Shown: positions 1 through 10,338 of the stretch, one piece after another
Layout of the letters: every line of letters begins with the position of its first letter
How positions within the stretch are numbered: the stretch's first letter is position 1
Assembly: GCA_965217865.1 (NCBI GenBank)
Contig: CBDCJO010000002.1
Coordinates: forward strand, 768,001 to 832,000
DNA length: 64,000 nt
DNA from: Candidatus Latescibacterota bacterium
GTDB lineage: Bacteria; Latescibacterota; UBA2968; SICM01
Reading direction: 5' to 3'
Made by a program: the position numbers and the translations under genes
The notes under the pieces: generated by a model
Databases searched by the model: none
What the model saw: only the letters and a program-made list of their open reading frames with translations
What the model was told of the DNA's origin: nothing

Positions 1-6
1 CTTGCT

Positions 7-2205
7 TCACTCCGTGCGCTTGAATATGAAATATCCCTTCTCCGTCTCCACGACCCGGCTGACCTGCCCGGGCTTCAGACCCTTCACGATTTCGGAAACA
101 GGAGGATCTAAATCCGCGGGGAGGACAAAACCGATGTCACGCCCCGGGAAGGTTTTCCCACTCTCCACGCGTGCGATCAGGGCTTCGCCTTCTTCCTGCG
201 ATAAGACGATGGCCATCGTCAGCCGAATTTTGCCGGCTTTGTGTGCCTTCTCCTCAGCCCGCTGCTTTCCCTCCACGCCCGCAAGCGCAAATTGAAGGGA
301 CTTTACGTGCGGATGGGCGGGCCCCAGCGCCTTCTCCACGATTTCCAATGCCCGCCTGTAAAGGGACTCAGCCCTGGCATGCTTGCCTTGAGCGCTGTAA
401 AGACCGGCCAGGTTGTTCAGGGAGCTTGCCACGTCGGGATGGCTCGGCCCCAGGGCCTTCTCATATATCGCCAGGGCCCTGTTGTAAAGGGGTTCCGCCT
501 CGGCATACCGGTCCTGGGCCCTGTGAAGCTCCGCCAGATTGTTCAGGGTGGTCGCGACGTGGGGATGATCAACGCCCAGGGCTTTTTCAAATATTGATAG
601 TGCCCGATTGTAGAGGGGCTGGGCTTCGTCATACCGGTCCTGGGCCCGGTAATGCCCCGCCAGATTGCCCAGAGAGATCGCCACATCGGAATGTTGGTTG
701 CCCCGGGCTTTTTCCAATATGCCAAGGGCTCGCTTGTACAGGCGTTCCACCTCCTCCTGCTGCTCCAGATCTCTGTAAACTCCCGCCAGGTTGTTCAAAG
801 CGGTCGCCACGCCGGGATGGTCAGGTCCCAGGGTTTTTTTCCTGATGACCAGTGCCCGCTTGTAGAGAGGCTCGGCTTCACCATGGTTGCCCTGAGCCCT
901 GTAAAGTCCCGCCAGGTTGTTCAGAGCCGTTGCCAGGTGAGGGTGGTCGGGTCCCAGGGCTTTCTCCGCCAAAGTTAGTGCCCGCTTGTAGAGAGGCTCG
1001 GCCTCCCCATATCTGCCCTGTGCCCGGTAAAGTCCCGCCAGGTTGACCTGGGAGGCCGCCAACCGGGGATGGTCCGGCCGAAGGAATTTCTCCGCCATTT
1101 TTATGGCCCGCTTGTAAAGGGGCTCGGCTTTCCCATACTGACCCTGGAAAAAATAAAACCCGGCCAGATTGTTCAGTGAGGTCGTCACGTGGGGATGGTC
1201 CGGTCCCAGTCCTTTCTCCACGATGTCCAGGGCCCGTTTGTAAAGGGGCTCGGCCTCCCCATACCGGCCTTGGGCATTATAGAGGTTGGCCAGCCCGCTC
1301 AGGGAAAACGCCACTTCGGGATGGGCCGGCCCCACGGTATTCTCCAGGATTTCCAATGCCCGCTCGTAAAGAGCCTCGGCCTTCTCATACCGGCCTTGGG
1401 CATTATAGAGGTCCCCCAGCCCGCTCAGAGCATACGCCACATCGGGATGGTCGGGCCCCAGGGACTTCTCCGTCACCGAAAGGGACCGCTGATAAAGAGG
1501 TTCGGCCTTCCCATACTGGCCCTGAGAATTATACAAATCCGCCAGGCCGCTCAGTGAGACCGCCACGTGAGGATGATCCGGCCCCAGGGTATTCTCAGAG
1601 ATGCTCAACGCCCGTTCAAATAAAGGCTCCGCTTCGAAATATCGACCCTGCCCCATATATTGCTCCGCCAGGCTGTTCAGAGAAGGTACCAGGGAGGGAT
1701 GCAGCTTCCCCATCGTCTTCTCACGGCTTTTTATCACGCGTTTGAAAAGGGGCTCGGCCTCTTCATATCGGCCCATGGAATCGTAAATTTTCGCCAGGTT
1801 GTTAAGTGCTGTCACCACGAGCGCGTGGTCCGGCTTAAGGACCTCATCCATGATGGCCAAAGCCCTTTTGATCAGTGGCTCGGCTTCAGAATGACGCCCC
1901 TTGCTTATGTAAACCTCCGCCAGCCTGTTCAGAGGGCCCGCTACGTTGGGATGCTGGGGACCAAAGGTCTCCTCCGCCTGCTTCAGCACCTTTTCGGCTA
2001 AAAATTGGGACTTCCCCTCCCCTTCCTTTTCAGACGATTGCGCCTTCACCGATGAAATCAGCCTTCCCGGCCCGGACCAGGACGAGAAAATGAGGATCGG
2101 AGGGAGAAAGGCCAGCCTTATAAGAAAACGTTTCACTTTCGAAATCCCTTCTTCGCGCGACTTTTTGCCGGAACCCTGCCACTTTAAGATTGTGGAGTTC
2201 GGCAC
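7..2205 (-). CDS. Tetratricopeptide-repeat protein (13 x 42-aa kinesin-light-chain-type TPRs) with hydrophobic N-terminal segment and C-terminal parvulin/PpiC-like fragment
   Basis: Repeats of LNNLAxLYxxQGRYxEAEPLYxRALxIxEKxLGPxHP; C-terminal GRDIGFV...LKPGQVSRVVETEKGYFIFK resembles the rotamase motif; true start uncertain. Confidence 0.85.
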   Translation of the reverse strand: MPNSTILKWQGSGKKSREEGISKVKRFLIRLAFLPPILIFSSWSGPGRLISSVKAQSSEKEGEGKSQFLAEKVLKQAEETFGPQHPNVAGPLNRLAEVYISKGRHSEAEPLIKRALAIMDEVLKPDHALVVTALNNLAKIYDSMGRYEEAEPLFKRVIKSREKTMGKLHPSLVPSLNSLAEQYMGQGRYFEAEPLFERALSISENTLGPDHPHVAVSLSGLADLYNSQGQYGKAEPLYQRSLSVTEKSLGPDHPDVAYALSGLGDLYNAQGRYEKAEALYERALEILENTVGPAHPEVAFSLSGLANLYNAQGRYGEAEPLYKRALDIVEKGLGPDHPHVTTSLNNLAGFYFFQGQYGKAEPLYKRAIKMAEKFLRPDHPRLAASQVNLAGLYRAQGRYGEAEPLYKRALTLAEKALGPDHPHLATALNNLAGLYRAQGNHGEAEPLYKRALVIRKKTLGPDHPGVATALNNLAGVYRDLEQQEEVERLYKRALGILEKARGNQHSDVAISLGNLAGHYRAQDRYDEAQPLYNRALSIFEKALGVDHPHVATTLNNLAELHRAQDRYAEAEPLYNRALAIYEKALGPSHPDVASSLNNLAGLYSAQGKHARAESLYRRALEIVEKALGPAHPHVKSLQFALAGVEGKQRAEEKAHKAGKIRLTMAIVLSQEEGEALIARVESGKTFPGRDIGFVLPADLDPPVSEIVKGLKPGQVSRVVETEKGYFIFKRTE

Positions 2206-2255
2206 GTGGATTGAAAAACAATATAACGATGAATCCTCAGGTATCCCTGGGAAAC

Positions 2256-2304
2256 AAAAAAAAACCGCCCTTATCCAAGATGGTTGCGCTTAGATATAGA
2301 GGCG
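2256..2304 (-). terminator. Probable intrinsic terminator downstream of msrP
   Basis: Minus-strand imperfect hairpin (cgcc...ctaag / cttgg...gggcgg) followed by T9. Confidence 0.5.
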
Positions 2305-2361
2305 ACCCGTCAACAACACCCCTCTTATTAATGTAATAGAAAGTGCGTCCTTATTTAATGG

Positions 2362-3375
2362 TCAGGAATATAGCGACGCAACATATTCCTCATAGCCATT
2401 GTAAAGCAAGGTTGCTTTCCACTGCTCTTGATTCAGAGCCAAAAGGAACCGTTCGAATTTCTGAGACCATCGAGGATGAGGCACCTCCGGCTCGACGTTT
2501 GCATGGAAGCTATATTCCTGGGGGACCAGGGCGTTCCAGAAGGTGGGGGGTTGTTCAGCGACGAACTCGATGCGGACGATCGACTTGATGCTTTTAAAAC
2601 CGTATTTCCAGGGGACCACCAACCGGATGGGCGCCCCGTGCTGCCTGGGCAGCCCGTGACCGTATATCCCCACGGCCAGAAGCGTCAGTTCATTCGTCGC
2701 CTCCTCCATGGTCAGGGTTTCGGAGTATGGCCATGGCCACTGGGGGCTATTGAACTGCCCGATGGCCACCCCCGGATTGAGAAAGGAGGTCATCTGGACA
2801 AACCTGGCCTCGGACGTGGGTTCTACAACGTCGATGAGGGCTTTCATCGGAAAACCGGTCCACGGTACGGCGATGGACCAGGCCTCAACACACCGCAGTC
2901 GATAAAGCCTTTCATCTATCGGCATATTTTTTAGAAAAAATTCCAGGTCATAGGTCTCCGGATTTCGGACCAAACCGGTGACCTCCACCTGCCAGGGATC
3001 CAGTGAAAGCTTTTGCGCCAGGTCCTTCACCCCGGTCTTCGAAGTGGTGAATTCATAAAAATTGTTGTACGAAGCGGCGAACGACTCTTCGGTTAGGGGC
3101 CGGTCCAGCATGTTGAAAGCCTGGTTCTGGGGGGAAACGTATGTCCTTAAGGCCGGATCCACCAATTCCGTTTCCGTAGGTTCGGTACCTTCAGCAACAT
3201 CTTTCGCTCCGGCTCCCAGAGGGGAGACGGTGGGATCAAAGATTCTCTCGTAACCACATCCCATCAACAGTCCTGCAGCCCCTATTCCCGCGGACTTCAC
3301 AAACCTCCGGCGGTTCATGTAGACATCCTCGGGTGTGGCCTCTCGCTCGGGAATTTCCCAACCACGCCGTGGCAT
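2362..3375 (-). CDS. msrP: Protein-methionine-sulfoxide reductase catalytic subunit MsrP (YedY, Mo-cofactor)
   Basis: EATPEDVYMNRRRF Tat leader, YNNFYEF, RLRCVEAWS, QHGAPIRLVVPWKYGFKSIKSIV, PHPRWSQ, YNGY. Confidence 0.93.
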   Translation of the reverse strand: MPRRGWEIPEREATPEDVYMNRRRFVKSAGIGAAGLLMGCGYERIFDPTVSPLGAGAKDVAEGTEPTETELVDPALRTYVSPQNQAFNMLDRPLTEESFAASYNNFYEFTTSKTGVKDLAQKLSLDPWQVEVTGLVRNPETYDLEFFLKNMPIDERLYRLRCVEAWSIAVPWTGFPMKALIDVVEPTSEARFVQMTSFLNPGVAIGQFNSPQWPWPYSETLTMEEATNELTLLAVGIYGHGLPRQHGAPIRLVVPWKYGFKSIKSIVRIEFVAEQPPTFWNALVPQEYSFHANVEPEVPHPRWSQKFERFLLALNQEQWKATLLYNGYEEYVASLYS

Positions 3376-3420
3376 CAAACCTCTCCTGGAATTATGTTAG
3401 GACTCTCCGGCTCAATCAAA

Positions 3421-3449
3421 AATGTAATTGATTCTAAAGGGAATGTCAA
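3421..3449 (-). promoter_or_regulatory. sigma70-type promoter of msrP
   Basis: TTGACA-N17-TACATT on the minus strand. Confidence 0.6.
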
Positions 3450-3645
3450 AGATGAATACGGGATGGTGAGCGCCTCGCTTCACCCATAAAGCCTAGTATA
3501 AATGAGAGATTCAATCCCCGTCGAGATCCGGTTTCGGAAAGGCCTTTCCAGCTCGGTTCCTGTCGCGAGCTTCGAGTCGCTCACACGCCCAGACGTTCCG
3601 GAAACACGACCACAGCATACATGGCTACGGCTGAGAAAGGGCATT

Positions 3646-4734
3646 CTACTCATCGATTCGGTAGTGTTCAACCGCGTCTTCGTCTACTTCTATGCCCAGT
3701 CCCGGAGCGTGAGGGATGCGGACATAACCGTCTTCCACTGCGAAGAGGGTGTCGCCTTTGACCAGGGTGTTCAGGGGGACCAGGCCTCTTCAGGTAGCAC
3801 CGGCGGCGTGGTGAACACCAGTTCCTGCATCCGGCAGGTGCGGATGGTGGCGGCTATCTGAAGGGAGCCGACCAGGTTCATGCCGTGCGAACCGTGGAAG
3901 ATGCACGCTATCCCGGATAGTTCGGCCATGCCTGCTATCTTTTTCAGGGTCGTGAAGACGTTGGCACAGTGGGGCTGGATGATATCGAAGGCTTCTCCCT
4001 TGATATATCCCTCGTACACATCCGGTGGTTGATGCTCGCCGCCGGTGATTGCGATATCGGTGCCCGCCCGGAGACGGGCGTGGAGATGGATGTCTCCACG
4101 CGCAAAGGGCTCTTCCAGCCAGGTGGCCTCCACCTCCTCCAGGGCCTTGGCGACTTTCAGGGCGGTCTCGTAATCCCAGGTGGTACCCGGGTTCTCCGCG
4201 GTTCGGTCGACCATGACCTCCATCTTGTCCGGTCTTCCGACCCGTTCGCGGATAAGGCGTATAGGCTTCCACATCTTCCATGGGATCGGGACGCCAGATG
4301 CGGATTTTGACCGCCTTGTACCCGCGTTCGGCGTAGCCCAGCACGTCTTCGGCCTGCTGGCGGGGCGTCACGTCGGACTGATCGGGAGCGCCCGGCCAGA
4401 CGCAGGTCAGGTACAGGAGGATCTTGTCGCGATAGGCCCCCAGCAGGTTGTTCAGGGGCAGGCCGGCGGCTTTTCCTACAATGTCCCAGAGCGCGTTTTC
4501 GCCGCCATACCACTGATCGAGACCCGCTTCGAGATGGCGCTCGATCTGAAACGGGTTTTCGCCCAGTAGGAGTTCGCAGACCGTGTTCGCATCCACCTCC
4601 TTGAAGCCGTACCCCGTGATGCCCTCGTCGGTTCGGATTCGGGTCACACCCGTGGTGTGATAGTATCTCAGTTGACGCTGTTCCTCTGAGATGGGGACTT
4701 CGACACGGAAACTGTCGACGGCTGTGATTTTCAT
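3646..4734 (-). pseudogene. Mandelate racemase/muconate lactonizing enzyme family protein with two frameshifts (~4260, ~3775)
   Basis: MKITAV..RIRTDEGITGYG and GYKAVKIR in one frame; WLEEPF..GGEH..DIIQP in a second; VEDGYVRIPHAPGLGIEVD* in a third; may be sequencing indels. Confidence 0.8.
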
Positions 4735-4813
4735 TTTTCATCAATTCCGGAATTTAGAGGTTGTTCAGGGTGTATATGTTCGTCGAAAGTATTCTAAATT
4801 GGATTGTCTTCGA

Positions 4814-4941
4814 TAGGGGCACGATGCATCGTGCCCTACACAAAATTTTATCGCCCCAATAGATTCCCGATTGCGAGGCGATGCCTCTCCCGGTGATTCG
4901 TCACATCCCTTCGACGGGCGACCACATAAGGTCACCCCTAC
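4814..4941. repeat. GTAG-type REP palindrome doublet
   Basis: TAGGGGCACGATGCATCGTGCCCTAC and GGGCGACCACATAAGGTCACCCCTAC; internal segment shared with 6003-6053 and 6830-6900. Confidence 0.75.
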
Positions 4942-5006
4942 GGGTTATGTCTGACCCCGATCGAATTTTGTCTGTTCGTCAAGCCCCACCGGTCCCCTAC
5001 CCTAAT

Positions 5007-5840
5007 TCACCGTTTGATCGCGACTCCAAACAGGACCGTTTGCCCGGCCGTTGTATTGCAGCCCGCTGCGATGTGAATCAGGTCCAGGCTCAGTTCCAGC
5101 CGGGGGCTTAACCGATAGATTACACCGGGAGAGATCTTGAAGACATTCTGGTCGCCGATCAGGCCCACCTCATCGGTTATAACGCATTTTCCTGAAGTGC
5201 GAATACCCCCCGCAAATCCCTTGATCAGGAAGCGATTCAGGGTGAAACCAGCCTCTAAGAAATAGAACATCTCATTGCTGAAAGCCCCACCGCGGACCCG
5301 GTAACCGACCTCACCTGTCACATATCCCGGGAAGGGATACAGAGACCGCCCGATTAAAAGCCGGACATCCCCATCCAGCTTCCGGCTGCTCAGGGGAACC
5401 CGGGTTCCCTGGGATTCATCGTACCAGAAGGGGACTTTGCCCCCTGCGGCGATCGAGACCACGACCGGTTGGGGGGCGACCAACCATCGAAAACGCGCTT
5501 CAAGGTCACCAAATCCGGATCGCTTCTCGAGTGCGGTCCCATTCTCAAAGATCCGGGTATCGGACAACCTTCTGTATGGCAATGAAGACACGATTGTCAG
5601 CCGGTCAAGGACCCCGTATTCCAGATAGGCCGAGTAGTTGTAATCGGTCAACTCCCCCATTCTGGCTTTCTGAATCCGGTTTCCCATTGCACCGATGTCG
5701 TCTGTGGAATTTAAATAACTCCCCGCGACCTTGAGATAATAACCCCCTTGATCCTGGGTCCACGCGCCGGCGAAGAGCGTAGACGGGAAGCCCAGGCTTA
5801 CGGAACAGGCAAGGAAAACGGGAAATAGGCGGTTTAGCAT
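5007..5840 (-). CDS. Secreted hypothetical protein, probable outer-membrane beta-barrel
   Basis: Signal peptide ending FA-GAWTQ, YLEYGV, GFGDLEARFRW, alternating aromatic strands. Confidence 0.6.
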   Translation of the reverse strand: MLNRLFPVFLACSVSLGFPSTLFAGAWTQDQGGYYLKVAGSYLNSTDDIGAMGNRIQKARMGELTDYNYSAYLEYGVLDRLTIVSSLPYRRLSDTRIFENGTALEKRSGFGDLEARFRWLVAPQPVVVSIAAGGKVPFWYDESQGTRVPLSSRKLDGDVRLLIGRSLYPFPGYVTGEVGYRVRGGAFSNEMFYFLEAGFTLNRFLIKGFAGGIRTSGKCVITDEVGLIGDQNVFKISPGVIYRLSPRLELSLDLIHIAAGCNTTAGQTVLFGVAIKR

Positions 5841-6002
5841 AATTGTCCTATCGTAAATATCTCATCCATTATCTCATCTAAACGTTTAGAAAGGCATAGA
5901 GTTCCAGATCAGAATCGGATTCGGGTTCCAGGAAAAGCATCGCACGCGAATAAATATCCGCGCTATGTATACAAAGTCCGTAGCAGGCGGACTCCCCCCC
6001 AA

Positions 6003-6053
6003 AGTGATTCGTTCACATCCCATCGACGGGCGGACACACAGGTCCGCCCCTAC
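6003..6053. repeat. GTAG-type REP (GGGCGGACACACAGGTCCGCCCCTAC) with shared flank
   Basis: Palindrome ending CCTAC; flank GTGATTCGT-CACATCCC-TCGACGGGCG also at ~4893 and ~6851. Confidence 0.7.
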
Positions 6054-6116
6054 GCCTGACCTCCCCTGCCTTTTGCATTTTCCATTTTGCATTTTTCACC
6101 TTGCATTTTCTTCCCC

Positions 6117-6761
6117 TTACCTCTGACCTCTGACCTCCGACACCCGAGGTGTGTCCTCCCCCAGGACCGGCTTCAGATCCTGTTTCAGTTCGTTCAAGCC
6201 CGCCTGCGAGAGCCCGTCGTAGAAACCCCGGATACGTCCCTGGCGGTCCACCAGGGCAAGTTTCGGACTGTGAAAAAGGGGCTGATTCGAGCTGGGGGGA
6301 TTCTCACCGACCGGAATCTTGAAACCCTTCATGCTCAATTCCCAGATCGCATCACGGGTCCCTGTAAGAAACTTCCAGTGTCCATCGTCCGCTTCGGCCT
6401 GTCTTGCGTACTCCTGCAATACCCCAGGGGTGTCGAATTCCGGGTCCACGGTAAAACTCACAAGCCGAATATCCTCCCACAGAGGGTCTCTTGAAAGCTG
6501 TTCCTGAAGCCTGGCCATGTGGACGGTCTGCAACGGACAGGTCGCGGGACATCGGGTGAAGATAAAATTCGCGATCCAAACCTTATCCAGAAGCTGGTTG
6601 AGACCGAACGCTGTCCCGGTCTGATCAATCAGGGAGAAATCCGGCAACTCAGCGAATACCGGAACCCCCTCCCTACGGACTCCGCTGTTCCTGTTCATCG
6701 ATACCACCAGGAACCCGATCCCGATCAGAACAAGGACGATGGGAAGGAAAAACGATTTCAT
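6117..6761 (-). CDS. SCO1/SenC family copper chaperone
   Basis: N-terminal TM, LPDFSLIDQ, FIFTRCPATCP (CxxxC), SFTVDPEFD, HS motif. Confidence 0.92.
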   Translation of the reverse strand: MKSFFLPIVLVLIGIGFLVVSMNRNSGVRREGVPVFAELPDFSLIDQTGTAFGLNQLLDKVWIANFIFTRCPATCPLQTVHMARLQEQLSRDPLWEDIRLVSFTVDPEFDTPGVLQEYARQAEADDGHWKFLTGTRDAIWELSMKGFKIPVGENPPSSNQPLFHSPKLALVDRQGRIRGFYDGLSQAGLNELKQDLKPVLGEDTPRVSEVRGQR

Positions 6762-6771
6762 TTAAGCCTTT

Positions 6772-6900
6772 GTAAGGGCACGGCATGCCGTGCCCTTACA
6801 ACCAAATATTGTTGTTCCACTCTATTCCAGATTGGGGCGATGCCTCGCCGGTGATTCGTCCGCATCCCATCGATGGGCGACCACATCGGGTCGCCCCGAC
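6772..6900. repeat. GTAG-type REP doublet
   Basis: GTAAGGGCACGGCATGCCGTGCCCTTAC and GGGCGACCACATCGGGTCGCCCCGAC. Confidence 0.75.
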
Positions 6901-6936
6901 GCAAAATCAATTCCATTTTACATTTTCCATTTTCCC

Positions 6937-8670
6937 TCACCCATCCGTCGTCATTGAGAACTCCCGGCCCATTTCGTATCCGTCCAGCCGCTTCAGGGGG
7001 ACCACTCGGAAGTAATCGTCTCCCCTTCCCTTCCATGCCCTCAGGTCTTTGCGATGCCCCATCCGCTTTTGGAAGGCCCACTCGCTTGTCCGAAAGTATC
7101 GATTGAAAGTATCCCAGAAGGCCAGTCCGTCGGCACCCGCTTCATAATAATTGATCGCGATCTCACGGAATGCCCTGGGGGGCATCCGGCGCGGATAAAC
7201 ATCGATATAAATCTTGCTCCTCGGATCACGGGGGAGATCTGTGAATTCGCGTATCTTGGATTGAACCCCCGTACCGTCGTGGTTCCCGTAAACGTGCAAA
7301 TGCGCGACCAGATAGTCCACCAGCCCCTCCTTCAACCAGGTCGGGACATCCAGGGCGTGGAACAGAGATTCCGCCAGACTCGATTGGCCGATCTCCGGAA
7401 GCGCACTGCTTAAGTTGACCGGCACCAGGTAGCAGCTGGGAATGTAGCGGCGCTTGGCTTTTCCGACCTCATCCAGCATCTCTCTGATCTCGCGGAGAAA
7501 CTGTGTGACAAAGCTCGCCCGGGTCCGCCATACCCGCTCGTCGTTGATGGGAACCCGGCGCATGTCCTCACCATATTCCTTCTCAAAGGCCTCGCACACC
7601 GGCTGTTCGTAGTAGGCAAACGGCTGGGAGCGGCTGAACAGGGCGTTCACCCCGTCCGCCTTATAGTCCTCCACCCACTCCCGGAACAACCGCACGTAAA
7701 ACGCGCGCACCTCGGGAAAAGCAAACGACAGGTGGCGAATAGGTTCCCCGTCCGCGTACGTGCATCGCAAGTCGAGATGTTCCGCCATGAACATCCCCCC
7801 GTAATTGGCCATAAGATGTTCCGTCGGCAGCTGCGGACCGGAGAACCGATTCTGGGCAAACAGCTTGACGCCGCATTCGTGCGCCGCCGAGATGGCCTCG
7901 GCAAAAGGATCGATCCCCGAATCGACCAATCCGCGCAAAACCCGCCCCATACCTTCCTGGTCGAAATCCGGCCGGATGAACTCCCCGATTTTTGAAGGGT
8001 AGAACGTGATAGGCCCATAGGCCACAGCATACAGGGCGATGTCGAAATCTGATTCCCTGAGAGGTTCAAACTCCGCGATGAAATCCTCGTGTGTCGTAGG
8101 ACCCCACTGGAAGATGTTTCCTCCATCGTAATTGCCTATCAGCAGTTTGGTTTTCTCCGTGGGAAGCTCCGCCTTCCATGCCTCGAGGGCTTTCGGATCC
8201 ATCGGGACCAACCTCACGTAAACGATGCATGATTCTTCGTGCGACATCGTTCCGCGGGTAGGAGGCGAAAAGATCAGCTCCTGACGGGTCAAGTCCGCGC
8301 ATTTCCAGAAAACCTCCGTCACGTCGAAGGCGGTAAAGACCTTTTCCGGATAGCTTCCGTCCTTTCCGGGATCCGACTCCTCCGGGAGGATTCGGTTGAA
8401 GCCTAAGTCGTCCGAAAGTTTGACGCAGAGCGCACGCTGCTTTTTTTGGCCGTTAAACCCACCGTAATAGATCCCCAGGCGGATCTCGTGCCAACCCTCG
8501 ACTTCGGGATTCAGCGTCAGTGGCGGCGCATCGGTGCCAGGCCGCGTGAACAGCATCACCCCCCTGCCCTCTTCCACTTCGTAATCAACGGCAATCCACG
8601 TTCCGTGGCGGCCATCCCTGCTGATGGCCTCCGAAGGCTCACATCGGGTCAGATCGGAAATCCAGATCAT
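6937..8670 (-). CDS. Hypothetical protein with glycoside-hydrolase-like TIM barrel (GHL10/DUF187-like)
   Basis: LSFAFPEVRAFYV..EWVEDYKADG, DVPTWLKEGLVDY, YEAGADGLAFWD; start placed at the ATG after GGAAGGGG because the upstream ORF extension is the heptamer repeat. Confidence 0.6.
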   Translation of the reverse strand: MIWISDLTRCEPSEAISRDGRHGTWIAVDYEVEEGRGVMLFTRPGTDAPPLTLNPEVEGWHEIRLGIYYGGFNGQKKQRALCVKLSDDLGFNRILPEESDPGKDGSYPEKVFTAFDVTEVFWKCADLTRQELIFSPPTRGTMSHEESCIVYVRLVPMDPKALEAWKAELPTEKTKLLIGNYDGGNIFQWGPTTHEDFIAEFEPLRESDFDIALYAVAYGPITFYPSKIGEFIRPDFDQEGMGRVLRGLVDSGIDPFAEAISAAHECGVKLFAQNRFSGPQLPTEHLMANYGGMFMAEHLDLRCTYADGEPIRHLSFAFPEVRAFYVRLFREWVEDYKADGVNALFSRSQPFAYYEQPVCEAFEKEYGEDMRRVPINDERVWRTRASFVTQFLREIREMLDEVGKAKRRYIPSCYLVPVNLSSALPEIGQSSLAESLFHALDVPTWLKEGLVDYLVAHLHVYGNHDGTGVQSKIREFTDLPRDPRSKIYIDVYPRRMPPRAFREIAINYYEAGADGLAFWDTFNRYFRTSEWAFQKRMGHRKDLRAWKGRGDDYFRVVPLKRLDGYEMGREFSMTTDG

Positions 8671-8683
8671 AATGCCCCTTCCC

Positions 8684-8873
8684 ATTCGTGATTCGTGATT
8701 CGTGATTCGTGATTCGTGATTCGTGATTCGTGATTCGTGATTCGTGATTCGTGATTCGTGATTCGTGATTCGTGATTCGTGATTCGTGATTCGTGATTCG
8801 TGATTCGTGATTCGTTTAATGAATGCAATGAGAATCGTGATTCGTGATTCGTTTAATGAATGCAATGAGAATC
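8684..8873. repeat. (ATTCGTG)n heptamer array: 18 perfect units plus a partial unit, followed by a 37-bp tandem duplication
   Basis: Directly visible; translates as NHESRIT repeats. Confidence 0.97.
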
Positions 8874-8969
8874 TTTTGAGGAATAGTCAAATGTTTTTTT
8901 GAATGGATTTGGATTATTTGCCTTTCCGATCCCCGAATCACGATCCCGGTCGTTTGCACTTACCTCTTC

Positions 8970-10058
8970 TCATTCAAAACTCTGCTTTTCGACCAAATAC
9001 TTCCCCACCGCCTTCTGATTCAGACTGTAGCCCAGTCCCGGCCGATCCGGGACTAAATAGCAGCCATCCTCCAGGACGAAAGGTTCGTTCACCAGTGTGT
9101 CCTCCCAAGCCAGGGGACCGATCATGTCATGGGGCTGGGTCATATGGGGCATGCAGGAGGCCACGTGAAGAGCGATGGCAACACCGGGCCCATAGGCCAC
9201 GGTCTGAGACCAGCCCCCGAGGCCAAGCTGATGGGCAAGGCGGGACCATCCCACGGCCTCGAAAGGGCTTTCCGCCCCGAGGATGGCGTAATCGAGCGCC
9301 TGAGCTTGAAACACATGAACCAGATCTTCGCCCCGGAGGTGATCCCCGATCGGGATCCGGATCGATTCCCGAAGACGACACATTTCGGAATAAGAACCTC
9401 CCTTTGCCGGTCTGGGAATGGGGCTCTCCAGACAGTCGATCCGGTAGCCCTCCAACCGATTGGCAAGCTCCTGCGCGACCCGTACCTCCCGAAGACGCCA
9501 CCGCACGTCGGGCCTCACGATCATTTCTGGCGTGACATTCTGGATGGCCTCCACCCGATCCGTCACGTACCGAATCCGCTTTTCGGGTGTGTCTTCATCC
9601 GGCGTAATGCACTTCATCTTGTAAGCCCGAAAACCATGCTCCCATCCCCACAGGACATCCTGGGCCGTGTGTTCGGCCGTCTTGTAACCCGTGCACTGCG
9701 TGACGAAGATTCGATCCCGGAGACGTCCACCGAGCAACTGCCAGATCGGGACCCTGAGCGCTTGCCCGCGAAGGTCCAGGACGATCTGTTCGAAATACCC
9801 GGGAAACGGAACCTTTGTATCGGGGTGGTTCACCTTCAGAACGTCCTTGCCCGACCAATCCCCTATGGACGTCTTTATCTCAAGCAGGGGTACGTCGGAA
9901 TGCAGCTCGGACAGACCCGTCAAGCCTTCGTCGGTCTCAGCTTCTACCAGATAGCGATCCCGGGTTTGATGTTCCGGTTGGCCATATACGTCGTCCGACC
10001 ACCACCATCGGCGTTCCGGGACATTCACCACATACAGGTTGACGCGAGTAATTTTCAA
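8970..10058 (-). CDS. Mandelate racemase/muconate lactonizing enzyme family protein
   Basis: MKITRV, ETDEGLTGLSE, VPIWQLLGGRLRD, YKMK, LESPI, VPDRPGLG. Confidence 0.88.
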   Translation of the reverse strand: MKITRVNLYVVNVPERRWWWSDDVYGQPEHQTRDRYLVEAETDEGLTGLSELHSDVPLLEIKTSIGDWSGKDVLKVNHPDTKVPFPGYFEQIVLDLRGQALRVPIWQLLGGRLRDRIFVTQCTGYKTAEHTAQDVLWGWEHGFRAYKMKCITPDEDTPEKRIRYVTDRVEAIQNVTPEMIVRPDVRWRLREVRVAQELANRLEGYRIDCLESPIPRPAKGGSYSEMCRLRESIRIPIGDHLRGEDLVHVFQAQALDYAILGAESPFEAVGWSRLAHQLGLGGWSQTVAYGPGVAIALHVASCMPHMTQPHDMIGPLAWEDTLVNEPFVLEDGCYLVPDRPGLGYSLNQKAVGKYLVEKQSFE

Positions 10059-10238
10059 AAAACCCCTCGAACCCGCCGGCGATTGGTCTGATACGCATCC
10101 CCAAATCTACGATCGGGATTGGCGTAAATTAGATCAATATACACCTTGATTCGCCGGGTGTCCAGTCATTAGCGCCTGTCTCATGGAAGGGTCACCGGGG
10201 GACCTCACCCTCCCGCGGAAATTATACCCATAATCGTC

Positions 10239-10267
10239 TTGACAGTCATGTCAGATCTATTTACATT
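10239..10267 (+). promoter_or_regulatory. sigma70 promoter with overlapping palindrome TGACA-N4-TGTCA (possible operator)
   Basis: TTGACA-N17-TACATT, 72 nt upstream of the sulfatase ATG. Confidence 0.6.
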
Positions 10268-10338
10268 CGCGTTTCCAATCGTATTTTTTCTTACCTGGAT
10301 CACCTAATTTGTGACCGCAGATACAGGACCACTAGGTC

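Noticed and set aside
300-1990. 126-bp periodic DNA repeats and long antisense ORFs
   Set aside because: Explained by TPR coding repeats; opposite-strand ORFs throughout the window are GC-rich shadow frames
3480-3645. Possible structured RNA or IS end between msrP and the racemase gene
   Set aside because: Only weak hairpins; no recognisable family or partner end
8684-8865. NHESRIT repeat as an N-terminal protein domain, or a CRISPR array
   Set aside because: It is a pure 7-bp tandem repeat with no spacers, and a good RBS/ATG lies downstream at 8670
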